From assembly GCA_019058275.1 (NCBI GenBank), contig JAHLVW010000045.1, forward strand, positions 32,001 to 96,000: a stretch of DNA of 64,000 bases, given 5' to 3'. Under the pieces are notes generated by a model. It had not been told where the DNA came from and ran no database searches. It saw only the letters and a program-made list of their open reading frames with translations. The translations under genes and the position numbers were made by a program. The stretch is from Candidatus Heimdallarchaeota archaeon (GTDB lineage: Archaea > Asgardarchaeota > Heimdallarchaeia > JABLTI01). Shown piece by piece: positions 1 to 10,217 of the stretch. The stretch's first letter is position 1. Every line of letters starts with the position of its first letter.

Positions 1-113
1 TGATAATATTCTTTGTCCTTTATTAATCATTTAGGTGTGTCTATAGTAAGACAAATATTCTTAATAAAAGTTAAAAACATTTACAGAATATTATTTTTTT
101 CCTTTAAGCAATC

Positions 114-809
114 TCATTTATCAATTTTGATTTGGAGAATGTCCTCAAAATAGAGATAAAAGTTCTGGAAGAAGGATCGGAGTTTTGTAAAGGGTATTAC
201 AGGAACTCTTTCATGAAAGAAAATCTCATCATCTAGCCAAGTAACTACCATAGGAATTAAATTAACTTTTTTCCACCCCTTAATGTTCATCTTCTCTTTT
301 AGATTATCAAATGAATTACTTACTGCTTCTACCCTCATAATTTGCTCTTCAGCTGCTTTTTTCAATGCTGCTTTCTTCCCTATTCCACCATAGTGTTTGC
401 AATCAATAAGAATTACATAAGGACTGTTTTTCAAAATGACATCAATTTGGTATTTTCGATCATTTGTCGAAAAATTTAATCCTGTTTTCGCTTCGTAACC
501 AAACTCATCACCTACAATGGTTGTTAGTAATTCGAATTCTTGCCAAGATAGCTCCTTAATGATTTTTTCAAAATCAATTCCATCCATAGCTCCAAATATA
601 GCTATCTTTGCTCTCTGTTCTTGAGTGATTTGATAGTTCTCGTCAATTGTTTTTTGAAAAATAATTCCTTTCTGGTTAAGATCCTTCAGAAAAGCAATGA
701 CTCGACCTTTACTTGTACTTTCTATAAGTTCTGTGGTAATGAGAAAAGATTCTTCCTTTGATTGTTTTAGAGCTAATAGGAGCAATTCTTTGTCCATGTC
801 GCAAATCAC
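114..809 (-). CDS. PD-(D/E)XK nuclease, Mrr-like restriction endonuclease family
   Basis: SWQEFE..., QIDVI and IDCKH motifs typical of Mrr_cat-type domains. Confidence 0.6.
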   Translation of the reverse strand: MICDMDKELLLLALKQSKEESFLITTELIESTSKGRVIAFLKDLNQKGIIFQKTIDENYQITQEQRAKIAIFGAMDGIDFEKIIKELSWQEFELLTTIVGDEFGYEAKTGLNFSTNDRKYQIDVILKNSPYVILIDCKHYGGIGKKAALKKAAEEQIMRVEAVSNSFDNLKEKMNIKGWKKVNLIPMVVTWLDDEIFFHERVPVIPFTKLRSFFQNFYLYFEDILQIKIDK

Positions 810-940
810 CGAATAATGAAAAAGTGTTAATTGTAATTAAAAACCCTTTTGGTCAAACTGCGAAGTTTTTAATAGAAATATTAGGAAAAGACTTTTACTA
901 TCAAATAAATTAGTACTAATTAGAAAATCTGCAAGAATTC

Positions 941-1906
941 ATGGTGATCAAACTGAGCGATAGGATATTGGTAACAGGTGGATGCGGTTTTATAGGTAGT
1001 AATATTGTTCAAAGATTAGTAAACGAAGGTTACAAAATAATTGTTCTAGATGATTTATCATCAGGGAAAAAGGAGTACATTAACGATTGTTTGGTTGAGA
1101 AGAAATGCGAATTCATTGAAGGTAGTATAACTGATGCCACTTTATTAGCAAAAATCATGCCTAAAATAGATTTAGTTATTCATGAAGCAGCAAAACCTGA
1201 TGTACGAGCAAGTAAAAAAAATCTCTTCAGAGATTTTAACACAAATGTTACCGGAACTTTGCATATCCTACAAGCTATGGCTCAAAACCAAGTACAGAAG
1301 ATAGTTTTTGCTTCATCGGGAGGAACAGTTTATGGAGAAACAGAAAAAACCCCTACTCCTGAAAATGAGCCTTTTGCACCAATAAGCCATTATGGTGCAT
1401 CCAAAGCAGCTTGTGAGCAATATCTGTCTAGCTTTTCTAGTCTTTATAATATTGAAGTAATCTCATTGAGATTAGGCAATATTTATGGACTTCCTTCAAA
1501 TCATGGAGTAATGTATGATTTCTTCTGGAAATTAGAAAAGAACCCGTCAACTATGGAGATATTAGGGGATGGAAACCAAATCAAATCCTATCTCTATGTA
1601 GATGATTGCGTTGATGCTCACATGTGTGCATTACAAAAAACACTAAAGGGACATACTGCATTCAACATTGCTTCCATAGAGGGAGCTTCAGTTAATGAAG
1701 TTGCAAGAGAAGTAGTTGAAGCTATGAACTTATCAAATGTTGAATTCACTTATACTGGAGGAAAAAGAGGTTGGGCTGGAGATGTCAGAAAAGCTGTTGT
1801 AGACATTTCAAAAGCAAATAAGCTCTTATCTTGGAAACCAAAGGTATCATTAAAGGAAGGTGTAAAGAGCTATATTTCCTGGTTGGAAACTGAACAAAAT
1901 AAGTAA
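941..1906 (+). CDS. NAD-dependent epimerase/dehydratase (GalE-like extended SDR)
   Basis: TGGCGFIGS Rossmann motif, YGASK (YxxxK), GDGNQIKSYLYVDD. Confidence 0.85.
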   Translation: MVIKLSDRILVTGGCGFIGSNIVQRLVNEGYKIIVLDDLSSGKKEYINDCLVEKKCEFIEGSITDATLLAKIMPKIDLVIHEAAKPDVRASKKNLFRDFNTNVTGTLHILQAMAQNQVQKIVFASSGGTVYGETEKTPTPENEPFAPISHYGASKAACEQYLSSFSSLYNIEVISLRLGNIYGLPSNHGVMYDFFWKLEKNPSTMEILGDGNQIKSYLYVDDCVDAHMCALQKTLKGHTAFNIASIEGASVNEVAREVVEAMNLSNVEFTYTGGKRGWAGDVRKAVVDISKANKLLSWKPKVSLKEGVKSYISWLETEQNK

Positions 1907-1912
1907 AGTGTT

Positions 1913-2581
1913 TCAGCAGCTTTTTCTTAGTAACTCAGTTAGCTCTTTTATCGATTTAACATGCTTCCAGATTTTAATGTTATATTTATCTGGGTCAAGA
2001 GCGTTTTTACGAATAAGAACAAATCTTAAGTTTGCATTTGTTGCTGTAACTCCATCAACCCATGAGTCGCCAATAAATAAGACATCATCAGGATTTAGTG
2101 AAAGTTTATTTATAATTGTAATTAATCCTTCTTTATCAGGTTTCATTTTTTCAATATCTTCTCTAGCTAAAACAATATCAAAATAATTAGTGATATTATA
2201 TCGTTCTAAAACCTCAATAGTAGGTTTTTTTGAGTTATTAGTTAAAATTGATGTAGAAATTCCTTTCTCTTTAAGGAATTCCAACATTGGATAAATATCT
2301 TGATCTATTGTGATACTTTCCATACCCAATCTTTCAAATTTCTCAACCATTTTCCAAAGCTCTTCTGCAAGATTGGTATTGTTTTTCTTATCATATTTCT
2401 TTACTTCATCAATAATATTCCCAGCAGTATATTTACGAGGTACTTCCTCATCTTTACCAAAATCAATACCATATTTCTTGGCATGTCGTGCCATACTAAT
2501 TTTCATAGCAGGAAAATTAATGCTGGATTTTACAAGTGTGTTATCAAAATCAAAGATTATTGCTAATTTACTCTTTTTCAT
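1913..2581 (-). CDS. HAD-superfamily hydrolase (phosphoglycolate phosphatase-like)
   Basis: IIFDFDNTL motif I, LTNN motif II, KP...IGDSWVD motifs III/IV. Confidence 0.85.
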   Translation of the reverse strand: MKKSKLAIIFDFDNTLVKSSINFPAMKISMARHAKKYGIDFGKDEEVPRKYTAGNIIDEVKKYDKKNNTNLAEELWKMVEKFERLGMESITIDQDIYPMLEFLKEKGISTSILTNNSKKPTIEVLERYNITNYFDIVLAREDIEKMKPDKEGLITIINKLSLNPDDVLFIGDSWVDGVTATNANLRFVLIRKNALDPDKYNIKIWKHVKSIKELTELLRKSC

Positions 2582-2621
2582 GAGGTTACCTCAGATTTAA
2601 ACTTCATAGATCAGACCTAAT

Positions 2622-3812
2622 TCAATCATCTTTCCTAACTTCTGAATGAGCTTTTATTTTAATTCCCTCATTAATACTAACGTTAGATGTAATAATTGTT
2701 TTTCCACCTACAATTACAAAATCCATTGGATTCTGTTCATCAGATGTAGAGACTCTTTTTGGTTTTACTCGAGTATTTTGCCCAATAACTATTTCTTCAG
2801 CAGCTATAAGATAGCTTAATTCACAATTATTGCCAACTTTACAATTGTCCATAAGTAAAATATTATCTAATACAGCTTCAGAACCTATTTCACAATCTCT
2901 TCCAATATAAACATCTGGTCCTATTTTAGATCCTGTTTCAATTAGTGTACCTTTTCCAACAAGAACTGGACCTTTAAAGTAAACACTTGAGAATTCTATC
3001 TCTGATTCTTCATCAAAGAAAATTTCTTCAGCAGCTTTAAATCCTATCTCTCCTCCAGAATGAAATTGCATGCTAATTTCATTATTACTTGGTGGAAAGA
3101 ATCGCTGAGCAGTGAATAAATCAGCAGGATTCTCAATACTCATCCATGAATCAGTTATTAGTGCTCCAAGTAAACCCCTTTTACCTAGTAAAGCAATGGC
3201 TTCGGTTAATTCGTACTCTCCTCTTTTAGATAAAGGTGTTTCACGAATTGCATCGAATATCTCTCTTTGGAATAAATAAATTCCTGCATTAATATAACCA
3301 ATATTATCCTTAATCTCTTCAGTTAGGATTTTTTCTTTAATATCCAAAACTCTTCCATCAGGTGTTACTTGTAACAATCCATACCTTTCACTCTTACCAG
3401 GATAAACTACTATCGTACATTGAGCTTCTAATTTTTCATGATGAGCAATGAGCTCTGGTAAAATGTCTTCAATATGAGCTATAATATCACCGTTAAGAAC
3501 AAGACATCTATCATAATTACCTATAAATTGCTCAGCTTGAGCAAGTGCATCACCGGTACCTTTTGGTGGATCTTGAATTGCAAACTTAATTTTATTAACA
3601 TATGGTTCTTTTGAGAAAAGTTCCTCCATTGCTCGTTTCTGCCAAGGTGAGATGACTAGAATTAACTCATCCATTAAACCAGAGTTTTCAATCATTTCAG
3701 CAAGTTTGATCAAAAGTGATTTGTTCCTAATGGGTAGGGATCCCTTTAGTCTCGTTTCAGTTAAAGGTTGCATTCGTTTACCTTTACCTGCTGCTAAGAT
3801 TATTACAATCAT
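2622..3812 (-). CDS. Sugar-phosphate nucleotidyltransferase with C-terminal hexapeptide repeats (archaeal GlmU-like)
   Basis: ILAAGKGKRMQPLT, GTGDAL, NGD, INAGIYLF, RGEYELT; left-handed beta-helix-like C-terminus. Confidence 0.8.
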   Translation of the reverse strand: MIVIILAAGKGKRMQPLTETRLKGSLPIRNKSLLIKLAEMIENSGLMDELILVISPWQKRAMEELFSKEPYVNKIKFAIQDPPKGTGDALAQAEQFIGNYDRCLVLNGDIIAHIEDILPELIAHHEKLEAQCTIVVYPGKSERYGLLQVTPDGRVLDIKEKILTEEIKDNIGYINAGIYLFQREIFDAIRETPLSKRGEYELTEAIALLGKRGLLGALITDSWMSIENPADLFTAQRFFPPSNNEISMQFHSGGEIGFKAAEEIFFDEESEIEFSSVYFKGPVLVGKGTLIETGSKIGPDVYIGRDCEIGSEAVLDNILLMDNCKVGNNCELSYLIAAEEIVIGQNTRVKPKRVSTSDEQNPMDFVIVGGKTIITSNVSINEGIKIKAHSEVRKDD

Positions 3813-3964
3813 TAAGGATGCTCCAAAACTCTCTATGGATAATCAATAATTGAATAGTGTTATTGTTTTTTAATTCTGTTATCGAATATAGATAAAAAGC
3901 TGAAAGGAATCAAAATTTCTCGCTAAAAATAAAAGAAATTATCAGCAAAATTGCTGAATACATC

Positions 3965-4657
3965 TTAATCTACAAGAGCAATAAGCTGTAGTTGAGTTCG
4001 AACTCTGAGATAGTCCTTAGCAAAATCAATAGATGACATATCTGCCCAATGGAATCGTTCTTCGATATCAAATATCTCTTCTTCAAGTTCTAATTTATGT
4101 CTCTCAGTATATTTCTCTCTTTCAGATCCACGATCTATTTTTGAACGACCAGCCAAAGCTCCTTTAATTCGAGCAATTTCATCTATTTTTTGATTGAGGA
4201 CTGCTTCCAACTGTTCCTTTTGTCGATTGTAAATAGCAATTGCATTTTCGGGTTTTGTTTTTGGTTTTACACCTTTTTCTAACAAGTGTCTTGCTGGTCT
4301 TAGAGGTTCACGAGCAAATAATCCTTTAATGGAATTAGCTATTTGAAAGAGGTGGTATTCAGGATTCCAACGTTTAATAATCCATAAATCAATAATTTTA
4401 CCTTTGCCAACTCGTGGGTGCTCAACTTCTGAAATCATTTTAACTAAAGGTGGAGTAGCTGGAAAACCTCCGAGCATCTCAAGTTCCACAGTAAAGAAAC
4501 GATTCTTAAATTCACCTCTACCAGGAACTAAACCACGCCAACGAGTCATATCACCCTTTATAGGCTCAAAACCGCGACCTTTTTCATACATCCAATTAGC
4601 TTCGCGTGCTAAGACAATATCAGGAATGTTTTTTATCATCTTAAAAATTCCAACCAT
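3965..4657 (-). CDS. Vps23/TSG101-like ESCRT-I subunit (UEV domain + coiled coil + steadiness box)
   Basis: E2 fold signature FPATPPLV...EHPRV..GKIIDLWIIKRWNP with Asp where E2s have the catalytic Cys; central coiled coil; C-terminal EEEIFDIEERFHWADMSSIDFAKDYLRVR resembles a steadiness box. Confidence 0.75.
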   Translation of the reverse strand: MVGIFKMIKNIPDIVLAREANWMYEKGRGFEPIKGDMTRWRGLVPGRGEFKNRFFTVELEMLGGFPATPPLVKMISEVEHPRVGKGKIIDLWIIKRWNPEYHLFQIANSIKGLFAREPLRPARHLLEKGVKPKTKPENAIAIYNRQKEQLEAVLNQKIDEIARIKGALAGRSKIDRGSEREKYTERHKLELEEEIFDIEERFHWADMSSIDFAKDYLRVRTQLQLIALVD

Positions 4658-4742
4658 TACTTTCTTCTAAGAGTTAATGGTAGCTTTTACATTATTAAAC
4701 GTTTTATTTTGACTAAGAAAAAAATAGGGTGAAATGGAGTCG

Positions 4743-5396
4743 TTATAATTCCATATCAACACCTTGTTTTGGGATACGAACGGTAACTCCAGAGTGAGTT
4801 TTCTCAACATTTTCCTTAAAATCTTCAGGACTTTGATCACGCCAATGCATAGGGACAACATTTTTCGGTTTTATAGCTCCAACAGCATCTAATGCTTCTT
4901 TAGGATCCATAGTATATTTGCCATCTATAGGTAGAAGAGCATAGTCAATATTTTCCAAATCGTTCATTTCTTTAATGAAGTCAGTATCTCCTGCAAAGTA
5001 AATTCTCTTACCTTTAGCTTCAATAACAAAAGCTGTTTGAATCTCCTTAGGGTGGAAAGGTTCACCAGGATTTCTAAAACGATGTACATTATAACCTGGT
5101 ACTCCATGTATGATAATTCCCTCAAAATCATGCTTTTGACCAGGATCTAAAGCAATAACATTTCCTTCTATGTTCCCAGAATTATCAGTGGAAGTTATTA
5201 TTACAGTCGAATCCTTCCTTGCTAGCTTGATTTTATTTGAATCTGAATGATCCATGTGCTTATGAGTGGAGAGGATTAAATCTGCTTTATCAGAATATTC
5301 AGATTCATCACCGCCATAGGGATCAATATAGATCACTTTATCATCGACTTTTAGCTTAAAAGATGCATGTCCGAGTAAACGTAAAACTAATGCCAT
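4743..5396 (-). CDS. Metallo-beta-lactamase fold hydrolase
   Basis: LGHASF, IDPY, THKHMDH, YFAGDT, PMHW motifs. Confidence 0.85.
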   Translation of the reverse strand: MALVLRLLGHASFKLKVDDKVIYIDPYGGDESEYSDKADLILSTHKHMDHSDSNKIKLARKDSTVIITSTDNSGNIEGNVIALDPGQKHDFEGIIIHGVPGYNVHRFRNPGEPFHPKEIQTAFVIEAKGKRIYFAGDTDFIKEMNDLENIDYALLPIDGKYTMDPKEALDAVGAIKPKNVVPMHWRDQSPEDFKENVEKTHSGVTVRIPKQGVDMEL

Positions 5397-5480
5397 GTTT
5401 TTACCTCCTACAGAAAATTACACTAATGAAGATAAATTTGTTGTGCTTCGATTTAGTCAATTTCAAGATAAACCTATTAA

Positions 5481-6872
5481 TTGGAGGAAGGTATGAAATA
5501 TGGATTTAACCAAAAAAAAGAGAAATTTGTGATAAAGATGAATGGTATTTCTAGAGATGAACTTATTGAGTTACTTGGAAAATTAGTGAGTTTTAATACT
5601 GTAAACATCCCAACTGAAGATATTAAATCTCCAAAAGATTGTCCTGAATATATTGTAAAATACTTAATAGAGAGTGGTATAGATGCCAAATTATTCGAAG
5701 ATAATGGATACTATTCAGTATATGGGAAGGTGGGGAAAGGAGACTTTCACTTATTATTAATGGCTCATTTCGATGTTGTTCCAGTAAGTGATGGCTGGGA
5801 TACAAATCCATTTGAAATGGTAATTAAAGAAAATATTGCTTATGGAAGAGGTGTGATTGATAATAAGAATAATGTAGCTTCCATCATGACAATTCTTCAA
5901 GAAATAAAGAAACTAGATTTAGGAAATAAGATGACTGTCTGTTTTGAACTCTCAGGAGATGAGGAAATTGGAGGAGTTCATAGTGCTGGAAATTATCTAA
6001 AGAAATTCGATCGAATGCCTGATGCTGTTATGAATTTTGATGGAGCTGGAGAAGTTATAATCTCAAGACGTAGAAATGCTATGGGTGCAACACTAAAAAT
6101 ACCCAAGAAGAAAGCTAAAGCAACTGGTATCTTGGCAGAGAAGAAATTCACTTCAGAACAGAACGGAAGGCATACAGCCTATCAACATCGAGGAGCAGAT
6201 GTTCATTCCATGATAAAGGCATCAGTAGTTTCATCATGGGAATACTACAAAGTAATAGACTGTCAAGGCAAATTCATTAAGGGTAATGTTGTGCCGGATG
6301 AATGCACTCTAAATGTAATAGTTCCATCAGAGGAAAAGAAAGCAGAAGAGTATGAATATGATGCAGGATTGACTTCCTTATTCGAGAATTTACGGTATTT
6401 GGTTAATGTACAATTCCCAACCGAATTTTCTACTTATGGTATAACAATTGGACCCAATATGCTATTTGATAGAGGTGATCATTGGGAACTTGGTTTGGAC
6501 ATAAGAGCAATGACACAGAATTACACAGAAGTTGAGAGTGCTTTAAGAGAAATCTGTACTGAGCTTTTTGGTGAAAACCAATATGAGCTTGCATTTAAAC
6601 CAGGGCAAGGTATGGTTAACACCTCTAAAGACTCCATGCTAATATCCATAGTTCTTGAAGTGTCAAAGGAGCTTGAATTACCATCCAAAATTGTTGAGAT
6701 GGGTGGAGCATCAGATGCTAGGTATTTCTCTAGAGAAGGCATTCCAACATTTGATTTTGGTCCTGATGGTGGAGGTATCCACGCAAATAATGAATGGCTA
6801 AATCTTGATTCATTTTACAAGATAACTGGTTTCTATCTAGAGGTTGTAAAAAGGATACTCGAGAAAGTTTAG
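5481..6872 (+). CDS. M20 family metallopeptidase/deacylase (ArgE/DapE-like); true start may be ATG 5538
   Basis: AHFDVVP, GRGVIDNK, GDEEIGG, GGASDARYF, GPDGGGIHANNE. Confidence 0.85.
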   Translation: MEEGMKYGFNQKKEKFVIKMNGISRDELIELLGKLVSFNTVNIPTEDIKSPKDCPEYIVKYLIESGIDAKLFEDNGYYSVYGKVGKGDFHLLLMAHFDVVPVSDGWDTNPFEMVIKENIAYGRGVIDNKNNVASIMTILQEIKKLDLGNKMTVCFELSGDEEIGGVHSAGNYLKKFDRMPDAVMNFDGAGEVIISRRRNAMGATLKIPKKKAKATGILAEKKFTSEQNGRHTAYQHRGADVHSMIKASVVSSWEYYKVIDCQGKFIKGNVVPDECTLNVIVPSEEKKAEEYEYDAGLTSLFENLRYLVNVQFPTEFSTYGITIGPNMLFDRGDHWELGLDIRAMTQNYTEVESALREICTELFGENQYELAFKPGQGMVNTSKDSMLISIVLEVSKELELPSKIVEMGGASDARYFSREGIPTFDFGPDGGGIHANNEWLNLDSFYKITGFYLEVVKRILEKV

Positions 6873-6881
6873 ATAAGTACA

Positions 6882-7643
6882 TTAAATGCTAAAAATAGGT
6901 AATTTGAAATAAACTCCCTTTGTCAATAATGCTTCGATCAGAGGTTTGAAAATAGCTTCAATGCCAGGATAGTCATGTAATAGGATAATATCATTTGATC
7001 TACTATAGTTTAGACCACGACATCCTTCTGGTTCATCTTCATCCATTCTTGCTAAAATAGATCTCAGATTATTATACCCTAAAGGGTGTTCTGTTCCAGT
7101 AGAACGGTATTCAGCAACAGCACAATCAAAGGTATAGTAAGTCCAGTAAATATCAAGATCAAGATGCAATCCTGCATTCTTATACCATTTATAGGAAATG
7201 TTCTCAAATATTGGCTGCTCATAGCCATGTTTTTTAAGATAGTTTTGAATTCCCCGCATGAATAATTTCTTCTCTTTATCATCTGGCCAACCTAATTCAG
7301 CATCTGTTCCTGACCCCTTATCTCCATAAGGAAAACGGAATAATTTAGCTGGTCTAGTTACTTCTGCATCCCGATAGATTTTATCGATGATTTCATCTGT
7401 CTGCTTAATCTCTTGAAAACATTCATTAAGGGACAATTCTGAAAAACGAGGGTGACTATAGGAATGATTGCCAAGAACAAATCCTTTCTTTATTGCATAA
7501 ATTCCATCATCTGGTCTTTCTTCAAGATACTGTCCTCTACAGAAGAATAGTGCTGGAATTTCTTTAGATGTAAGTAATTTCACCTTATTAAGAAAATCTG
7601 CAGAAGGAGCATCATCTATAGTCAGATAACCAACTTGTTTCAT
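6882..7643 (-). CDS. Polysaccharide deacetylase (CE4/NodB family)
   Basis: LTIDDAP, GNHSYSHP, FRFPYG, IILLHD motifs. Confidence 0.85.
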   Translation of the reverse strand: MKQVGYLTIDDAPSADFLNKVKLLTSKEIPALFFCRGQYLEERPDDGIYAIKKGFVLGNHSYSHPRFSELSLNECFQEIKQTDEIIDKIYRDAEVTRPAKLFRFPYGDKGSGTDAELGWPDDKEKKLFMRGIQNYLKKHGYEQPIFENISYKWYKNAGLHLDLDIYWTYYTFDCAVAEYRSTGTEHPLGYNNLRSILARMDEDEPEGCRGLNYSRSNDIILLHDYPGIEAIFKPLIEALLTKGVYFKLPIFSI

Positions 7644-7789
7644 GATTTGGTTTATAATTTGGTTTAATTTAATTCTTTCGTGAAAAATCCAGAAAAAAAG
7701 TAATTAGTCTTTTTATATTTTCAAATGATATAATAAGGAAATCTTTAAAACAATAACTTGAAACGACCTAATTATTAACACTTAAATTT

Positions 7790-7877
7790 GCGGGGGTTGC
7801 CCAGTCTGGTCAAAGGTGCAAGACTCAGACTCTTGTCTCGTAGGAGTTCGCGCGTTCAAATCGCGCCCCCCGCACCA
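7790..7877 (+). tRNA. tRNA-Leu(CAG)
   Basis: GCGGGGG/CCCCCGC acceptor stem, CAAGA-CT CAG AC-TCTTG anticodon arm, long variable arm, TTCAAAT T-loop, encoded ACCA. Confidence 0.95.
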
Positions 7878-8013
7878 GTTCTTTCTTTTGTTGAGAATGT
7901 TAAATTACCAGATTGAATTATATTAGTTATGTTTTTTCAAAAAGGAGTGGTAGATATATTTAGATAAACTAAAAAAAATAACATATTAGATTTCACAAAA
8001 GGGGTTTATTGTA

Positions 8014-8499
8014 TTGAATAAGAGAAAAATCTTCATTCTTGTATCGATATTGGTTTTTGTTATAGTAACACCAATTTTTTACTCTCAAGCACATCGCATT
8101 TTTAAAAGAAATTCTCTACAATTGCGATACTATACTATAGAATCAGTAAATTGTACAGATAAATTTGGAGATTCAATAACACTTATGGTTAAACCTTCAC
8201 TTAATATTCGATATGAAATATTTCCAGAAGTGATAAATCCTTGGGATAATATCACTTACTATGATAATATAACACATTATAGCTGCTTTGGAAAAAGAGA
8301 AAATGAAGATTCATTTTCTACATTCATATTTAGTTTAGATATAAAGGTAAAGCAAAATAGGGAATCACAAAAAATTAGCTATACAGCAATAGCAATATTG
8401 GGTGCTGACAGATGGTGTGAGAGTTTCTGGTTTGGTAAACTCGGTGGAGAATTACTTATCACTTTCCGTTTCTTATTGATACAACCCCGTACCAGTTAA
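8014..8499 (+). CDS. Hypothetical protein with N-terminal membrane anchor/signal peptide
   Basis: 161-aa ORF; basic N-terminus followed by hydrophobic IFILVSILVFVIVTPIFY. Confidence 0.55.
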   Translation: MNKRKIFILVSILVFVIVTPIFYSQAHRIFKRNSLQLRYYTIESVNCTDKFGDSITLMVKPSLNIRYEIFPEVINPWDNITYYDNITHYSCFGKRENEDSFSTFIFSLDIKVKQNRESQKISYTAIAILGADRWCESFWFGKLGGELLITFRFLLIQPRTS

Positions 8500-8522
8500 T
8501 TTATTATCTTTTTATGCTTATT

Positions 8523-9416
8523 TTATTTATATTCTTGAATGAGTTTTTGTGAATCCACTTTTCCCATTTTTTTTGCAAACTCCAATGATGGTTGCTTAGC
8601 ATTTGGATATACGACATTGTTCCAGTAAAGTTCATCGCAAAAATCACCATGATGTAGTGTTTGTGTTCTTCTCATATGAATTGTATATCCCTCATTATTA
8701 CTTGGATGGTCTCTACTATAACAAGAGCTAAGATAAGCGATGTCAGGATCATTAAGATCTTTAAGAACTTCATGAACGACACATCTATCAAATTTGTAGA
8801 ATTCTTTGTAATCATCAAAAATAACAATTGTAAAGTCTCCTACTCCTAACTCTCGATATTGCTTCATAATACGTTCTCTTGAATTAATTCTCGTAACTTT
8901 TCTGGGATCTTCGGGCATTTCCGGGGGATTTTGTTCTTTCCGTTCTTTAATTAAATATTTGACAATTTTTTTGTATAAATTGGTAGCTTCTTCTTTTCCC
9001 AAGATATCTTCAATTGCTTTGACTCTATAATAAGAGAGATGACTTGATGCTTTACGGATATTAAAATATCGAAGATCTATTTCTTCCTCTGTAGTATTCA
9101 GACCTTTTGGAAGTTCAAGTAACTTGCATAAAAAATTACTAATTACTTTTTCAAGTTCAGGATATTTATTCAGTATTGATTGATTTTGTTCTATTTTTTC
9201 AATATCAAATTGATCAAAATCGATTTGGAATTCTTTTATCTCATCATTTAGTCTTTTTTCAAAAGCAAGTAAGTATTTTCCTAATTTGTTTGGTTTAAGT
9301 TTGTAGAAATACTTAATTACTGAATCAGTTTGTTCAAAATTACTTTTCATAAAATTAAAAAGGTTAATTTTGCTTTTTGCTTCTGTATTAAAAAACTGGC
9401 ATGGTTTTATTTTCAT
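8523..9416 (-). CDS. L-2-amino-thiazoline-4-carboxylate hydrolase-like (ATC_hydrolase family) protein
   Basis: FDRC...AYLSSCYSRD...MRRTQTLHHGDFCDELYW C-terminal pattern. Confidence 0.65.
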   Translation of the reverse strand: MKIKPCQFFNTEAKSKINLFNFMKSNFEQTDSVIKYFYKLKPNKLGKYLLAFEKRLNDEIKEFQIDFDQFDIEKIEQNQSILNKYPELEKVISNFLCKLLELPKGLNTTEEEIDLRYFNIRKASSHLSYYRVKAIEDILGKEEATNLYKKIVKYLIKERKEQNPPEMPEDPRKVTRINSRERIMKQYRELGVGDFTIVIFDDYKEFYKFDRCVVHEVLKDLNDPDIAYLSSCYSRDHPSNNEGYTIHMRRTQTLHHGDFCDELYWNNVVYPNAKQPSLEFAKKMGKVDSQKLIQEYK

Positions 9417-9565
9417 TCTTTACCCTCATTTTTTTCTAATCAATCTAGAGACATGCTCTATTTTGATTGATTTACATAAATATATAAGACTTATTACCTT
9501 TTATTAAGAATACTCTCTCTCTTATTTAAGAAAAACAGTCTTTAATTTTACTCACTCTATATGAC

Positions 9566-9588
9566 TTCAAATCGCGCCCCCCGCACCA
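9566..9588 (+). repeat. att-like exact copy of the tRNA-Leu 3' end
   Basis: TTCAAATCGCGCCCCCCGCACCA identical to 7855-7877; the following ~30 nt also resemble the tRNA downstream flank. Confidence 0.9.
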
Positions 9589-9618
9589 ATTCTTCTGTTT
9601 TTGTTCTGAATGCTAAAC

Positions 9619-10008
9619 TTACCTTTTCCTTTCTTTTCCCTTTCGGGATAAACGATATGGTTCATAAGCAAAACCCAGATTGCCTTTTACTTTATGAAAG
9701 CCAGTATCGCCAGTATAGGTTTCTCGTACAGTTTGTACCAATACAGCAGTTTTAACTTCAGCATCAAATTCTTCTTTTAGAATGTCAAACCAAACATACT
9801 GTCCTCCCACTTTGACTATCTTTTCAACGTCTATCGGAACGACAACAGTTTTTTTGAAACGTTTTCTCACCAAAATCATTGCATGTGGTTTATATTTCTT
9901 GATTGTTTTTCCAAGAAGTTTTTCAATCTTGACAATTTTTCCTAATTTATTGCTGTTTTCATCAACTGCAATTTTGCTAATTAATCGTGAAAAATCCATT
10001 ATTCTCAT
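9619..10008 (-). CDS. PRC-barrel-like basic protein (paralog of 15909-16286)
   Basis: LISKIAVDENSNKLGKIVKI...VVVPIDVEKIVKVGGQYVW fits the PRC-barrel pattern. Confidence 0.55.
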   Translation of the reverse strand: MRIMDFSRLISKIAVDENSNKLGKIVKIEKLLGKTIKKYKPHAMILVRKRFKKTVVVPIDVEKIVKVGGQYVWFDILKEEFDAEVKTAVLVQTVRETYTGDTGFHKVKGNLGFAYEPYRLSRKGKERKR

Positions 10009-10160
10009 AATAATATGTACGAAGACACTAATAATACTACTGTAATCTCAACACTTCTTAGCAGGAACCATGTCGGAAAATAACTGAATTTATCGATGAC
10101 AAAATAGAATAACTATAAATGAAGTATTCCTTCCAAGTCTCTCTAAGTGTATGTGAGACA

Positions 10161-10207
10161 TCTTGTCTTGTAGGTGTTCGCGCGTTCAATTCGCGTCCCC
10201 TGCACTA
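10161..10207 (+). repeat. Degenerate copy of the tRNA-Leu 3' half (older att remnant)
   Basis: 41/47 identity to 7831-7877, starting immediately after the anticodon loop. Confidence 0.85.
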
Positions 10208-10217
10208 CTCTTCTTTT

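Larger units (their letters stand above)
7878..9588. mobile_element. Integrase-free islet A at tRNA-Leu (two cargo genes)
   Basis: Bounded by a 23-bp exact direct repeat of the tRNA 3' end (7855-7877 and 9566-9588). Confidence 0.65.

Noticed and set aside
10161-10207. Split or second tRNA-Leu gene
   Set aside because: No 5' half or BHB/complementary leader, and mismatches damage the acceptor stem and CCA; it is an att remnant
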